Below are positions 1-14,062 of a stretch of 64,000 nucleotides of DNA, in pieces. The stretch covers positions 17,332 to 81,331 of the forward strand of contig CACXEO010000080.1 in NCBI GenBank assembly GCA_902766785.1. Reading direction: 5' to 3'. The notes under the pieces are model-generated. The model ran no database searches and was not told the DNA's origin. It was given only the letters and a program-made list of their open reading frames with translations. Within the stretch, counting starts at the first letter, position 1; each line of letters starts with the position of its first letter. This stretch comes from Oscillospiraceae bacterium (GTDB taxonomy: Bacteria > Bacillota > Clostridia > Oscillospirales > Ruminococcaceae). The translations under genes were made by a program, and so were the position numbers.

Positions 1-3527
<3,527 letters not shown>

Positions 3528-3637
3528 TTACTCAACCACTCCATTCTTCCGATTCACTCAAACAACCTGCTTGTTAAAACAACCAAATCGCAGGGCGAAA
3601 CAGAGCGCTATTTCTCTGTTTCAACTATTCTTTTTGC

Positions 3638-3669
3638 CCTATAAATCCCGCTATTGCGGGATTTATAGG
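3638..3669. promoter_or_regulatory. Perfect 14-bp-stem hairpin or palindrome (CCTATAAATCCCGC-TATT-GCGGGATTTATAGG) in the 313-nt rpoB leader. It has no flanking U-run.
   Basis: The inverted repeat was read directly in the sequence. It lies between the rrf2 terminator and the rpoB start. Its AAATCCCG/CGGGATTT arm motif is shared with the terminator hairpin at 3791-3825. Confidence 0.5.
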
Positions 3670-3790
3670 CGCAAATTCCCATTTTGATACAGTTTATCAT
3701 TATAATACAAATTAAAAGCCCTGTCAAGTGTGTATTTTCCCATATTTTCCCGTTAACTGGATTGTGAACCGTTTTTCAAAACTTATGCAA

Positions 3791-3840
3791 AAATCCCGGG
3801 AGGCTGTTTCAACCTCCCGGGATTTAAATCGTTCTTTTTT
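3791..3840 (-). terminator. Bidirectional rho-independent terminator, ending the rrf2-rpoD operon on the minus strand.
   Basis: A 13-bp stem AAATCCCGGGAGG/CCTCCCGGGATTT is flanked by an A-run and a T-run. It sits immediately 3' of the rrf2 stop (3841). Confidence 0.8.
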
Positions 3841-4248
3841 CTATAAAAGCTGCGCCAGCGTAACCTGCTCCAACCGGCTGCGAACGAGCTCGGAAATATC
3901 GTCAAAAACAGCCTGTGCCTTGCAGGGGCCGTGACAGACATCAGGATTCGTGCGGTTACAACCGCTTTCCGGATTGAGACAGCGGCTGAAGTAATATGTA
4001 CCTTCCACCGTTTCCACAATATCCTTAAGGGTGATTTCTTCTGCCGGTTTTGCAAGCTCGTAGCCGCCCTGCATCCCTTTAAAAGATTTGACAATTCCGC
4101 TTGCAGCGAACTTCCGCAGAATTTTCAGCGCAAACCGGAGGGTCACCTCCGCGTTTTCCGAAATAGTCTTGGCGTCAACCCGTTTACCGGCCCGCGCCAT
4201 ATAGACCATCATACGAATTCCATAATCCGCTTCCAACGTTATATGCAT
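3841..4248 (-). CDS. Rrf2-family transcriptional regulator (IscR/CymR-like).
   Basis: 135 aa. N-terminal winged HTH (ADYGIRMMVYMA...ISENAEVTLRFALKILRKFAASGIV) with conserved Cys residues (CNRTNPDVCHGPC), typical of the Rrf2 family. Confidence 0.8.
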   Translation of the reverse strand: MHITLEADYGIRMMVYMARAGKRVDAKTISENAEVTLRFALKILRKFAASGIVKSFKGMQGGYELAKPAEEITLKDIVETVEGTYYFSRCLNPESGCNRTNPDVCHGPCKAQAVFDDISELVRSRLEQVTLAQLL

Positions 4249-4311
4249 ACCATCACCCTACCTTCATGGTTTTATTATACCATTTTAGTAGATTATTTGT
4301 CAACGGCAAAA

Positions 4312-5400
4312 TTAATCCAGAAAATCTTTCAGCCGTTTACTGCGGCTCGGGTGGCGGAGCTTCCGTAGGGCTTTTGCTTCAATCTGGCGGATCCGCTCAC
4401 GGGTGACGTTAAACTCCTTGCCAACCTCTTCCAGGGTGCGGGAGCGGCCATCTTCCAGCCCAAAACGAAGGCGGAGAACCTTTTCCTCGCGTTCAGTAAG
4501 AGTGGAAAGAACATCTCCCAGCTGCTCTTTCAGCAGGGTGTGGGAAGCAACTTCAGCCGGAGCCGGGGCTTCGTCATCCTGGATGAAGTCACCCAGATGA
4601 CTGTCTTCCTCCTCGCCGATGGGCGTTTCAAGGGAGACCGGTTCTTGTGCGACGCGGATGATCTCACGAACCTTTTCCACCGGCATATCCAGCTCTTCGG
4701 CAATTTCCTCAGCTGTAGGCTCATGCCCGTTTTTGTGGAGAAGCTGGCTGGAAACCTTTTTCACCTTGTTGATGGTCTCCACCATATGGACCGGGATGCG
4801 GATCGTCCTCGCCTGGTCGGCGATAGCGCGGGTAATAGCCTGGCGGATCCACCAGGTGGCATAGGTGGAAAATTTAAACCCTTTGGTATGGTCAAACTTT
4901 TCAACCGCTTTGATCAGACCCAGGTTCCCCTCCTGGATCAAATCGAGGAACTGCATACCGCGCCCAACATAGCGTTTTGCAATACTGACAACCAGGCGGA
5001 GGTTTGCCTCACTCAGGCGTTTGCGGGCAAAAGCGTCGCCCTGAGCCATACGGGTAGCGAGTTCAATTTCTTCCTCGGTGGAAAGAAGCGGCACCCGCCC
5101 AATCTCTTTCAGGTAGACCTTAACCGGGTCGTCAATGCTGATCCCTTCGGTAGAAAGAGACGCCTCCAAATCCATATTGACATTGTTGTCAAGGGTGAGG
5201 TCCAGGTCAATTTCCGGCTCGAAATCCTCTACGATCTCAATGTTCATGTTTTCGAGTGAATCGTAAAGCTTTTCCATCTGTTCCGGGTCGAAATCAAGAT
5301 CTTCTAACGCATCGGTAATCTCTTTAGTAGTAAGTTTGCCTTTTACCCTTCCCTGTTCAATTAAATCGGCCACTGCAGGTTTTTTTTCGGTTGCACCCAT
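4312..5400 (-). CDS. rpoD: RNA polymerase primary sigma factor (sigma-70 / SigA).
   Basis: 362 aa. Sigma regions 2-4 motifs are present: [78 protein letters not shown]. Confidence 0.95.
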   Translation of the reverse strand: MGATEKKPAVADLIEQGRVKGKLTTKEITDALEDLDFDPEQMEKLYDSLENMNIEIVEDFEPEIDLDLTLDNNVNMDLEASLSTEGISIDDPVKVYLKEIGRVPLLSTEEEIELATRMAQGDAFARKRLSEANLRLVVSIAKRYVGRGMQFLDLIQEGNLGLIKAVEKFDHTKGFKFSTYATWWIRQAITRAIADQARTIRIPVHMVETINKVKKVSSQLLHKNGHEPTAEEIAEELDMPVEKVREIIRVAQEPVSLETPIGEEEDSHLGDFIQDDEAPAPAEVASHTLLKEQLGDVLSTLTEREEKVLRLRFGLEDGRSRTLEEVGKEFNVTRERIRQIEAKALRKLRHPSRSKRLKDFLD

Positions 5401-5500
5401 AAATCACATTCCCATTTCTCCGCTGCCGCCGCGGTCTTTTATGATAGGCGCCACGCGGCAGGAACTATGGCGCCCGTTTCTACTTCCCTTGAGGCGGTTG

Positions 5501-7276
5501 TCACCGCCTGTTCTTTTTTTGTTTCTGCTGCTCGTAAAACCGCTTGAGCTCCTCTGTCCCGCCATCTTTCAAATCGGCCGGTTTGAGCCGTTCGCGGTTG
5601 TCCTTCAGCACCTGTATGGAATCAAGCAATTGCTGCCTGGTATTGTCCATTTCGCGGCTCTTTGCTAAAAGCCCCGATATTTTACCCATTTCTTCCGGTT
5701 TTAATTCACTGGCTAAAACAGAAAGGTCGACTTCCCCCGTTTCCTGTCCTTTTTGGACGATAATTGTAAAAACACGCCGGTTAAAGTCGGTGACAAAGTC
5801 CTCCGGCGCCAGGGAATTCAGCGCTGTTTTCAGGCCGTCCGGGTTCCGGAGCAGGTAAACCAGGATCTGTTCCTCCGCCATTGCCGCCTTTAAATGGGAG
5901 GCCTTTTGCGGGTTGATCCGGTCCTGATAGAGCGCCTTTCCGCTCTGAACCTCGTTCCATTCCCGCTTCTTTGCGGTTCGCACTTCCTTTTTGATTATCC
6001 CGCCAACCTGGTCTAGGATTGCGGCCTTAGAAACCCCCGTTTCCTCAGCCAGTTTCCCGGCGTAAACCTCCCGTTCCAGCGGATTTTTAATCCGCGCAAG
6101 AACCAATATCCCCTGGCGCAGATAGACGAGTTTTCCTTCATCGGTTTTAATATCGACTTCTTTTTTGATCTTGAGAAGCTCAAAATCCATGGGGTTGTTA
6201 GCGCCTTCCAGCAACAACTTGAACCGGGCCGCGCCAAACTTTTTTATGTATTCATCGGGGTCTTTCGCCCCGGTCATCGCAAGGACGCGGGTCGTGATCC
6301 CCGCCTGGGAAAGGAGAGCGATTGCACGCTCGCTCGCCCGCTGCCCCGCAACGTCGGAATCGTACGAAATCACGACCTCGTCGGCATACTGAGCCATCAG
6401 CCGGGCCTGTTCTTCCGTCAGTGCCGTTCCCAACGTTGCGACAACATTGTGGAACCCCGCCTGGTAAATTGAAATAACGTCCATATAACCTTCGGCCAAA
6501 ATCAGCTTCCGGTTCTCAATCCGATTCTTTGCAAGGTTTAAAGAAAAAAGGTTCCGGCTCTTCTTAAAAACCGGTGTGTCAGCCGAGTTCAGGTACTTCG
6601 GCTTTGAATCGTCCATGACCCTTCCGCCAAAGGCAATGACATTTCCCCGCAGGTCAATAATAGGAAACACGACGCGGTTGCGGAACTGGTCGTAAAACCG
6701 CACCCGCCCGTTCCGGTCGCTTCTGGCGACAACGGCGGCGGCAATCATTTCATCCATTGTAAACCCCTTGGACCGAAGATGACCAACCAGATTATCCCAT
6801 CCCTGAGGGGCAAAGCCCAACCCATAGGTTCTAATGGTCTTTTCACTTAAACCACGCCCGGTCAAATACGCAAGCCCCTCTTTTCCTGCCGGAGAGAGGA
6901 GGCAGGCGTGAAAAAAACGGGCTGCTTCCCGGTTGAGTTCAAAAATACGGGTTCGCATTTGATAAGCGCGGTCTTCCCCACCGTCATCCGGGATTTCCAT
7001 ATTGTAGCGGCGGGCAAGGAAACGGACCGCCTCAATATAATCAAGGTTTTCAATCTTCATAATAAAGGTGATAACGTCTCCCCCCGCACCGCAGCCAAAG
7101 CAGTAGAACGACTGGGTGTCAGGATAAACAACAAGAGAGGGCGTTTTTTCCGAGTGAAAAGGGCAGAGACATTTCTGGTTCCGACCAGCCCTGCTGATGG
7201 AGCAATAACCGGACATAACGTCCTCAATGTCAGCCGTCTGGCGAAGCTGCATAATAAAGCTGTTCGGAATAGCCAT
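5501..7276 (-). CDS. dnaG: DNA primase DnaG. The start was refined to the MAIPNSF ATG, which is preceded by AAGGAGGTG.
   Basis: Zinc-ribbon CPFHSEKTPSLVVYPD...FYCFGCGAGGDVITF, a Toprim domain, and a C-terminal helicase-binding region. Confidence 0.93.
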   Translation of the reverse strand: MAIPNSFIMQLRQTADIEDVMSGYCSISRAGRNQKCLCPFHSEKTPSLVVYPDTQSFYCFGCGAGGDVITFIMKIENLDYIEAVRFLARRYNMEIPDDGGEDRAYQMRTRIFELNREAARFFHACLLSPAGKEGLAYLTGRGLSEKTIRTYGLGFAPQGWDNLVGHLRSKGFTMDEMIAAAVVARSDRNGRVRFYDQFRNRVVFPIIDLRGNVIAFGGRVMDDSKPKYLNSADTPVFKKSRNLFSLNLAKNRIENRKLILAEGYMDVISIYQAGFHNVVATLGTALTEEQARLMAQYADEVVISYDSDVAGQRASERAIALLSQAGITTRVLAMTGAKDPDEYIKKFGAARFKLLLEGANNPMDFELLKIKKEVDIKTDEGKLVYLRQGILVLARIKNPLEREVYAGKLAEETGVSKAAILDQVGGIIKKEVRTAKKREWNEVQSGKALYQDRINPQKASHLKAAMAEEQILVYLLRNPDGLKTALNSLAPEDFVTDFNRRVFTIIVQKGQETGEVDLSVLASELKPEEMGKISGLLAKSREMDNTRQQLLDSIQVLKDNRERLKPADLKDGGTEELKRFYEQQKQKKNRR

Positions 7277-7618
7277 TCTCCCCACCTCCTTTCAGGCAAA
7301 ACAAACATGGAACATATTAGAAATTAATTTTTACACAATAGCCTTCACTTGATAAACGGACAGATCCTCTCATCTGCAATCTGCACAGTTTCCGCATTTT
7401 GGCACCAATCATTGTCAATCTGCGCGGTGCGTCCTTATCCAATCCCGGCAGCCTCTTTACCGTATTGTAAAATTGCTAATGCCGTAAACAATACATATCC
7501 CCGGCTATCACATGTCTTACCTGCACATACGGCATGAAGTTCTTATTGTGAGCCGCCGGCGAACAACAAGGTTCTCTCAGCCGCCGGAAGCTTTGCTTCC
7601 AAACATGCCGTAAGATTT

Positions 7619-8620
7619 TTACAAACTCACCGGCCAGGAGCGCGGCACAAAAAGCTTTTCAAAAAGTTCCACCGCGTACCCATCGGTCATTCCGGCAATA
7701 TAGTCACAGACCGCGCGGTCCGCACCTTCCTTCTCTGCAATGCTCCGGTAAAAAGCCGGCAATTCTCCAGGCTGTTTGACAAAGTAACGGTAAAGGGTCT
7801 TGACGACCTCTTCCGCTTTTCCTTCTTCTGCCTTTGCAACCGGATTTCTGTAAACCTGCTCAAACATAAAATCCCGAAGCTGGCTGTGCGCATCCCAAAC
7901 AGCCGGATCCATCCGGATTTCATCTATACTGTTCCGGATGACCGAATGGATGATGGTGGAAATCCGTTCCGACTTTGTCCGCCCCAGAATATAGGTGCAC
8001 TGGTAGGGAATGTCCTCCACCGCCAGTACTCCAGCGCGCAGGGCGTCTTCAATATCGTGGTTGATATATGCCACTTTGTCCGACAGCTTGACCACACGGC
8101 CCTCAAGGGTAGCCGCCACCGCGTTTAAAGAATGACAGGCAATCCCGTTTTTTACTTCGTAGGTCAGGTTAAGCCCCTTTCCGTCCCGTTCAAGCGCATG
8201 AACCACCCGCACGCTGTGCAGGGCGTGCTGAAACCCCGCGGGACAAATTTCATTCAAAGCCCGCTCCCCGGCGTGGCCGAAAGGCGTATGGCCCAAGTCA
8301 TGTCCCAAAGCGATTGCTTCCGTCAAATCCTCGTTGAGCCGGAGGGCCCTGGAGATGGTCCGGGCAATCTGCGCGACTTCAAGGGTATGGGTCAGGCGGG
8401 TGCGGTAATGGTCACCCGTCGGAGACAAGAAAACCTGCGTTTTATGCTTTAACCGCCGGAAGGAGTTGCAGTGGATAATCCGGTCGCGGTCCCGGCAGAA
8501 GTCGGTGCGGATATCGCAGAGGTGTTCCGGGCGGAGCCTTCCCCTGGAACGGGAAGACAGCACGGCATATGGGCTTAGCATCTGCCGCTCAAATTCCTCC
8601 GCTTGTTCCTTAAAAGTCAT
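7619..8620 (-). CDS. dgt: dGTPase-like HD-domain deoxyguanosinetriphosphate triphosphohydrolase. The start was refined to MTFKEQ, preceded by GGAGGTG.
   Basis: HD motif (LTHTLEVAQIARTI...GHDLGHTPFGHAGE). Positioned upstream of dnaG as in Firmicute macromolecular-synthesis operons. Confidence 0.85.
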   Translation of the reverse strand: MTFKEQAEEFERQMLSPYAVLSSRSRGRLRPEHLCDIRTDFCRDRDRIIHCNSFRRLKHKTQVFLSPTGDHYRTRLTHTLEVAQIARTISRALRLNEDLTEAIALGHDLGHTPFGHAGERALNEICPAGFQHALHSVRVVHALERDGKGLNLTYEVKNGIACHSLNAVAATLEGRVVKLSDKVAYINHDIEDALRAGVLAVEDIPYQCTYILGRTKSERISTIIHSVIRNSIDEIRMDPAVWDAHSQLRDFMFEQVYRNPVAKAEEGKAEEVVKTLYRYFVKQPGELPAFYRSIAEKEGADRAVCDYIAGMTDGYAVELFEKLFVPRSWPVSL

Positions 8621-8703
8621 GGCACACCTCCGCCCAAAAATCATTTCACTAATATATATACCGCTTTCCCGTCTCTATTACTTTATTTTTGACAAAACAT
8701 GTC

Positions 8704-9324
8704 TCATTCCATATCGGCATGCCGTTCCTCCAATATAAAAGGGGAGACCTGCCCTGCCGACAGTTCCTGCAGTTCCTTTTCAAAAGAAGGCAGACGGTCC
8801 GACCGGATAAGCAAAACCAGCCGTACCTTCTCCCCAAAGCTGCTCTCCTGCACTTGAATATTGTACTGAGGGAAAAGATAGCTCAATTTCCCGTACAGGG
8901 AATAATCCACCTCTATCACAAAAGAGGTGCAGGGCACCATGTTAAGGATGCCGCCGGCCGAAACTGCAAGGCTCGCCCCTGTGGAATAAGCCCGGACAAG
9001 GCCGCCTGCCCCCAACAACACGCCGCCGAAATACCGGGTGACCACAATACAAGCGTCAACTAGATCATTGCGAAGAAGCACATCCAAAATCGGTACGCCA
9101 GCCGTCCCCTGAGGCTCTCCATCATCCGAATACCGTTTGATCTGCCCCTCACGCAGGACATAAGCATAGCAGTTGTGGTTCGCTTCCCGGTTAGCCGCCC
9201 GAACTTCTTCTATAAAAGCAACCGCTTCCTCTTCAGTCCGCGCGGGGGCAATATGGCCGATAAACCGGGAACGGCGTTCGACAAATTCTTCTGCTGCCTT
9301 TTCTTTTACCGTTTTATACTCCAA
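8704..9324 (-). CDS. yigZ: YigZ/IMPACT-family protein (UPF0029).
   Basis: 206 aa. N-terminal IMPACT-like fold (RSRFIGHIAP...CYAYV), with conserved DDGEP and GxxLL segments. Confidence 0.75.
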   Translation of the reverse strand: MEYKTVKEKAAEEFVERRSRFIGHIAPARTEEEAVAFIEEVRAANREANHNCYAYVLREGQIKRYSDDGEPQGTAGVPILDVLLRNDLVDACIVVTRYFGGVLLGAGGLVRAYSTGASLAVSAGGILNMVPCTSFVIEVDYSLYGKLSYLFPQYNIQVQESSFGEKVRLVLLIRSDRLPSFEKELQELSAGQVSPFILEERHADME

Positions 9325-9383
9325 AATTCACACCACCCAGAAAAACAAAAGCGGTGAGCCAACGCACACCGCTTTTTGCCGGA

Positions 9384-9587
9384 TTATTTGTCCATGTTGA
9401 AACGCTTTTTAAACCGGTCGACACGTCCGCCGGTATCTACCAGTTTCTGTTTACCGGTGTAGAACGGGTGGCATTTCGAACAAATTTCAACCCTAATATC
9501 GCCCTTTGTGGAGCGGGTTTCAATTACGTTGCCGCAAGCACAGCGAATGGTCGCAGCTTCGTATTTCGGATGGATTCCCTCTTTCAC
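9384..9587 (-). CDS. rpmE: 50S ribosomal protein L31 (type A, zinc-binding).
   Basis: 67 aa. MKEGIHPKY... with CxxC...[10 protein letters not shown] zinc ligands. Confidence 0.95.
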   Translation of the reverse strand: MKEGIHPKYEAATIRCACGNVIETRSTKGDIRVEICSKCHPFYTGKQKLVDTGGRVDRFKKRFNMDK

Positions 9588-9735
9588 TTTCAGTCACCTC
9601 TTTTTTCACGAGTACGCCCGCCGCCGCACAGAAAATTTGCCCTTTTCCGCGCGCAGGAGCCATCGAGTAACTATAATAACACATTAAAACTAAAAATGCA
9701 AGTATTTTTCGTTTCTTATTTTTGCCAAAAACATG

Positions 9736-11451
9736 TCATGCTAGAAGGCCGCTAAAATCGTCCGCCAGCTTCTGCTGGAGAGCTTTGGCCTCATCCTCGC
9801 CCGTTCCGGTCGTTGTATAATAAACCTTGATCTTCGGCTCTGTTCCGGACGGACGAATGATCACGCTCGCCCCTTTTTCCATTTCAAAGACCAATACGTC
9901 GGACTTGGGCAGGGTGATCTCTTCCTGCGCTCCGGTAACAAGATCGGTTGTTTTGGAAGCTTTGTAATCCGAAAACTTGAGCACCTTCAGCCCGCCTATT
10001 TCTTTGGGGGCGTTTTCACGGGTGCGGGCCATAATTTCGGCCATTTTCTCCATTCCGGCAGCGCCTTCGAACCCAAAGTTGCCGATGCAGTTATAATAGT
10101 AGCCGTATTTTTTATAAAGGCCGCGGATAGCGTCCAACAGGCTGATCCCTTTTGATTTGTAGAAAGCGGCCGCTTCACAGATCAGCATCGAGGCGACGAC
10201 GGCATCTTTGTCACGGACGTAGGTGCCGCTTAAGTAGCCGTAGCTTTCCTCAAAGCCGAACAGGTAACGTTCACTCTCCCCCTTTGCTTCGAGCAGGCCG
10301 ATCTGCTCTCCAATGTACTTGAACCCGGTCAGTACGTTGCGAAGTTCCACGCCGTATTCTTCTGCAATCCGGTCGGCCAGCTTGGTGCTGACAATGGTCT
10401 TGACCGCAATGGGGTTCTTCGGCATGGTGCCGAGAGCTTTGCGTTCGCCGCAGATGTATTCAAGGAGCAGCGCACCAACTTCGTTTCCGGTGATCAGCAC
10501 ATATTCGCCGTTTTCATCCGGAACCGCAATCCCCATCCGGTCGGCATCCGGGTCTGTCGCCAGCAAAAGGTCTGGCTTCACCACGGCACAGTCGCGCAGA
10601 CCGAGAGTCAGCGCCTCTTTGATTTCAGGATTCGGGAAAGGACAGGTGGGGAACTCACCGTCCGGCAGCTCCTGCTCTTTGACAACATGAACGTCCTTGA
10701 CGCCAATCCGGTCCAGGATCTTCCGGACGGGCTTGTTGCCTGCGCCGTTGAGAGGGGTATAGACTACCCGGAGCCCCGCCCCCGGAATCAGCTCCGGATG
10801 GATGCTCTGTGCCTGTACACAGTCAAGATATTTTTCAAGCACCGCGTCCGGGATGTACTCTACGTTCCCAGCCTCAACAGCCGCGTGAAAATCCACCAAA
10901 CGGATATCGGTAAACAGGTCGAGCTTGTTGATCCGCTCCAGAACCGCATCGGCGGCCTCGTTGGTCATCTGGCAGCCGTCCGGCCCATAGACCTTGTAGC
11001 CGTTGTATTTGGCGGGGTTGTGGCTGGCCGTCACCATAATGCCCGCGTCGCACTTAAGTTCGCGGGTGGCAAAAGACAGACAAGGAACAGGATGAAGCTC
11101 TTTGTAAAGGTGGACATGAATGCCGTTTGCAGCAAGCACCCGCGCCGCCTCTTTTGCAAATACATCCGATTTGATGCGGCTGTCATAGCTGATGGCAACC
11201 GAAGGTTCCTTAAATGCGGAATTGAGATATTCCGCAAGACCCTGGGTCGCGCGCCGGACGGTATAAATATTCATCCGGTTGGTGCCGGCGCCGATGACGC
11301 CGCGCAGCCCGGCAGTCCCAAATTCAAGGTCACGGTAAAAACGGTCTTTAATCGCCTCGTCATCCCCGTTAATTGCCGCGAGCTCCTCTGCAAGGTCGTT
11401 GTCCTCCAAAGACTGCTCAAGCCAATGTTTGTACTTCAGGTATTCAGACAT
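9736..11451 (-). CDS. pgcA: Phosphoglucomutase / phosphomannomutase (alpha-D-phosphohexomutase).
   Basis: 571 aa. Active-site loop TASHNPAKYNGYKV, a metal-binding DPDADR motif, and a C-terminal GTEP loop. Confidence 0.85.
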   Translation of the reverse strand: MSEYLKYKHWLEQSLEDNDLAEELAAINGDDEAIKDRFYRDLEFGTAGLRGVIGAGTNRMNIYTVRRATQGLAEYLNSAFKEPSVAISYDSRIKSDVFAKEAARVLAANGIHVHLYKELHPVPCLSFATRELKCDAGIMVTASHNPAKYNGYKVYGPDGCQMTNEAADAVLERINKLDLFTDIRLVDFHAAVEAGNVEYIPDAVLEKYLDCVQAQSIHPELIPGAGLRVVYTPLNGAGNKPVRKILDRIGVKDVHVVKEQELPDGEFPTCPFPNPEIKEALTLGLRDCAVVKPDLLLATDPDADRMGIAVPDENGEYVLITGNEVGALLLEYICGERKALGTMPKNPIAVKTIVSTKLADRIAEEYGVELRNVLTGFKYIGEQIGLLEAKGESERYLFGFEESYGYLSGTYVRDKDAVVASMLICEAAAFYKSKGISLLDAIRGLYKKYGYYYNCIGNFGFEGAAGMEKMAEIMARTRENAPKEIGGLKVLKFSDYKASKTTDLVTGAQEEITLPKSDVLVFEMEKGASVIIRPSGTEPKIKVYYTTTGTGEDEAKALQQKLADDFSGLLA

Positions 11452-11488
11452 AACAGTTCCCCCATCCTATTTATTAAATAGCCGCTCC

Positions 11489-12661
11489 TTACGGCGTTAC
11501 ATATTCCTCAAGTTTCAGCGTGTCCAACGCTTTTTCCGCCGCTTCAGCCATGGAGGCGTCAGTGAACACGGGCAGTACCCGCGCCGCGCCGGTAACCTTT
11601 GAACGGTAGGCCCCCATAATCTGGCTGACGGCCTTCTGGGGATCAGAGAAATTCACAGAGGTCTCTCCGATCGTAAGGCTTGCGCCAAAGGTGGCAAAAT
11701 CAAGCTCCGGCGCCACGTTTTTGACATTGAAACCGGACGGATCCCCTCCAAACCAGGATTCATTCAGGCCGAAAGCGGCAGAAACCGGATACGAAATAAA
11801 GACCGTAGCACCTTTTTCTTCCGCCTCTGTTTCACAGCGTGCAATAAAGTTATTCAGCGCCTGCTGCTGGGTGACGCCTTCCGCCTCGCTCCCCATATTG
11901 GCGGAGGAGAAAACGCGGACCTCCGGGAATTCCACTTTATGCCATATAATGGTGTCGAACCCTTTTGAGACAAGCTCATTTTGCAGGGCGATCAAATAAT
12001 CACAGGCCACTTTTTTATAAGGGTTGAGCCACGGCTTACCGCCGTTATCAACGGCGTTATCCCACCAGGCAGAGTTGCTGTTTTCATACAGGTAACCGTT
12101 GTTGCGGGCAGCATTCGGCGCGGTTTTATCCATAAATGCGCTAAGTTTTGCAACCGGTTTGAACCCAGCTTCCTTAATCGTTTCCACAACCTGGTCAATT
12201 TCCACCGCGTCATCAGATACTGCGCCGTATTCCTCTGCCTGTACAACAGATGAACGGTACCAAAGGGTTCCCGCCGTGTCCTTAAGTTCCAGCACAACCG
12301 CATTTGCGCCTTTAGCCTTGGCCGAAGACAGGAAAGAAGAGAGAGCGGACGGGTTCTTTGCCGTTTCGACCGGCAGGTTCACCGCCTGGAGCGTTTCATC
12401 TTCCGCCTGGGCGCCACCCGAAGAATCCTCCGATGAACTGCTGTCCACACTTACAATTGAACTGGAATCATCGGAAGGAGGAGTCGGCTCAATCCGCCCG
12501 TTGATAAAATCCAGAAAAGGGCCCGCCACGCTGTAGCCGACAAAAACAACCGCCGCAATAATGACAACAAATCCTGTAATTTTCAAAACCTTCGTCCGGG
12601 TGCTCCCCCGGCTCCGGTAAATCTTGTTATAACGCTTTATTTTTCTTGGCTTATTTCTCAT
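11489..12661 (-). CDS. Membrane-anchored putative glycoside-hydrolase-like (DUF4015 / GHL-type TIM barrel) protein with a Ser-rich linker.
   Basis: 390 aa. N-terminal Arg/Lys-rich region plus a single TM. An SDDSSSIVSVDSSSSEDSSGG linker is followed by a domain carrying NAVVLELKDTAGTLWY, typical of DUF4015 proteins. Confidence 0.5.
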   Translation of the reverse strand: MRNKPRKIKRYNKIYRSRGSTRTKVLKITGFVVIIAAVVFVGYSVAGPFLDFINGRIEPTPPSDDSSSIVSVDSSSSEDSSGGAQAEDETLQAVNLPVETAKNPSALSSFLSSAKAKGANAVVLELKDTAGTLWYRSSVVQAEEYGAVSDDAVEIDQVVETIKEAGFKPVAKLSAFMDKTAPNAARNNGYLYENSNSAWWDNAVDNGGKPWLNPYKKVACDYLIALQNELVSKGFDTIIWHKVEFPEVRVFSSANMGSEAEGVTQQQALNNFIARCETEAEEKGATVFISYPVSAAFGLNESWFGGDPSGFNVKNVAPELDFATFGASLTIGETSVNFSDPQKAVSQIMGAYRSKVTGAARVLPVFTDASMAEAAEKALDTLKLEEYVTP

Positions 12662-12705
12662 CGGAACACCATCCTAACCTCTTTTATCCGTCTTTCTCCA
12701 AGCGG

Positions 12706-13323
12706 TCAATAGGGCAGTTGATGCCCCACAAGGCCATAAAAAGCCAGCGACAGCAGCCCAATATAAATTAAGAGTACGGGAAAACCACGGAAAGCTCTGG
12801 GAATTGCGACGCTGTACAGGTAATTATACGCGACCGAAATAAAGAAGGTTGCCAGCGTAAAACCAATTCCCGCTCCCAACCCAAACCCGATTGAAGAGCC
12901 AAGGGTCATCTGCTCACCCGCCACCAAGAGGAGTGTGCCCAAAACCACGCAGTTAAACGCACTGATGTGAATCATCGGCTTGACTTTACTCTTCAACCGC
13001 TCCGGGAAATAGCCACAGACAACCAGAGCCAAAAGGTAAACTACGCTGATAGCCGCCACATAGATAAGCGGGCGGTAATACTGGGCATTTGGAAATTCCT
13101 TAATTACAGGTTCCAGCAGGAACGTGACAATTCCCGCAAGAACCGTGATCACCGTCAAAATAGAGCCAAAGAGAAGAAGGCTGTTTTTCTTGCGGATAAT
13201 CACAAGCGCCGTACTGGTGCCCAGCGCCCTGGAAAAGATCATATTTTCAACTAAAAGCATAACCAAAGACATGGTGAAGCAATTAGACAAAAACATTCCA
13301 ACTGTATTTTCAAAATCATTCAT
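12706..13323 (-). CDS. RnfA/NqrE-like polytopic membrane subunit.
   Basis: 205 aa. C-terminal RAFRGFPVLLIYIGLLSLAFYGLVGHQL matches the RnfA tail APFRG...AGLMSLAFMGFSGL. Six predicted TM helices. Confidence 0.75.
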   Translation of the reverse strand: MNDFENTVGMFLSNCFTMSLVMLLVENMIFSRALGTSTALVIIRKKNSLLLFGSILTVITVLAGIVTFLLEPVIKEFPNAQYYRPLIYVAAISVVYLLALVVCGYFPERLKSKVKPMIHISAFNCVVLGTLLLVAGEQMTLGSSIGFGLGAGIGFTLATFFISVAYNYLYSVAIPRAFRGFPVLLIYIGLLSLAFYGLVGHQLPY

Positions 13324-14062
13324 CCGCCGCCACTCCCTTCTGCAGAGAAGCCTGCGTTTTCTTCGGCTTTATAGCAGGCGCCGGAACGGTTTGATAGCCA
13401 AAAGGCTGTGTGCCGTCGGACAAATCCAGAATATCATCCTTGTCCATAGGTATTAAATAATTCCTGTATTTATGCAAAAGCGCTGCCAAAAAACCCACAA
13501 TAATAAACCCGGAAAACGGGAGCAGGACCCCCATAATGGGATTTTCCACAAAAGCGAGCTGATTCCCCCAAAGCGTCCCATTACCCCAAACCTCACGCAC
13601 CGCCCCGACTACGCAGATTACCGCCCAGAAACCGAGAATGTGAAAGAACAAATCGAGCGCCATCCGGGGCTTTGTCTCTTTGTGAAAACGCGACTCACTT
13701 CGCCATACAATCAGCGAGTTTGTAATCATCAGCGGCAAAAATACGCCGAGCTGGTAACTGGTCCCGGGAAACCACAGGTCTATGAGCATCGCCGTTGGGA
13801 TATACAGTGCCCCCGCAAAGAGCACCGCTATGATAACGCGGAGGGAGTGGGGTATATTTTTCGGAATAAACGACGTGACAAAAACTGTAAAAAATGTGAG
13901 GACGCTGAACGCGAGCGCGAGCGCAACGCCGTTTTTCAGACTGCTGCTGACCACCACAACGGGCGCTACAACCAGCCCTTTTTCCAACACGGTATTTTTT
14001 AAAAGGAACCCGTCGATAGTATCAAAAACACTTTTATGTTCCCTATAAAAACGGTTATTCAT
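13316..14062 (-). CDS. RnfE/NqrD-like polytopic membrane subunit.
   Basis: 248 aa. FLPLMITNSLIVWRSESRF and AVREVWGNGTLWG match RnfE FIPLIVTNCIVVGRAEAF and AIREILGNGTLF. Overlaps its neighbours by 8 nt on each side. Confidence 0.75.
   Translation of the reverse strand: MNNRFYREHKSVFDTIDGFLLKNTVLEKGLVVAPVVVVSSSLKNGVALALAFSVLTFFTVFVTSFIPKNIPHSLRVIIAVLFAGALYIPTAMLIDLWFPGTSYQLGVFLPLMITNSLIVWRSESRFHKETKPRMALDLFFHILGFWAVICVVGAVREVWGNGTLWGNQLAFVENPIMGVLLPFSGFIIVGFLAALLHKYRNYLIPMDKDDILDLSDGTQPFGYQTVPAPAIKPKKTQASLQKGVAADE

Noticed and set aside
4540-5259. 239-aa plus-strand ORF antisense to rpoD, plus similar antisense ORFs inside pgcA (10687-11481), the AKR (16841-17539), Gfo/Idh/MocA (23648-24277), dacB (32152-32994), GH51 (34414-34950, 35143-35769), the corrinoid/AraC pair (37413-38096), MATE (39516-40106), GH172 (41011-41682), ydjG-like (48845-49822), ydjI-like (49826-50286), rarA (51986-52438), and rpoB (1611-2174)
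   Set aside because: All overlap well-supported genes on the opposite strand, lack RBS and domain signatures, and have compositions typical of antisense frames in high-GC coding DNA.
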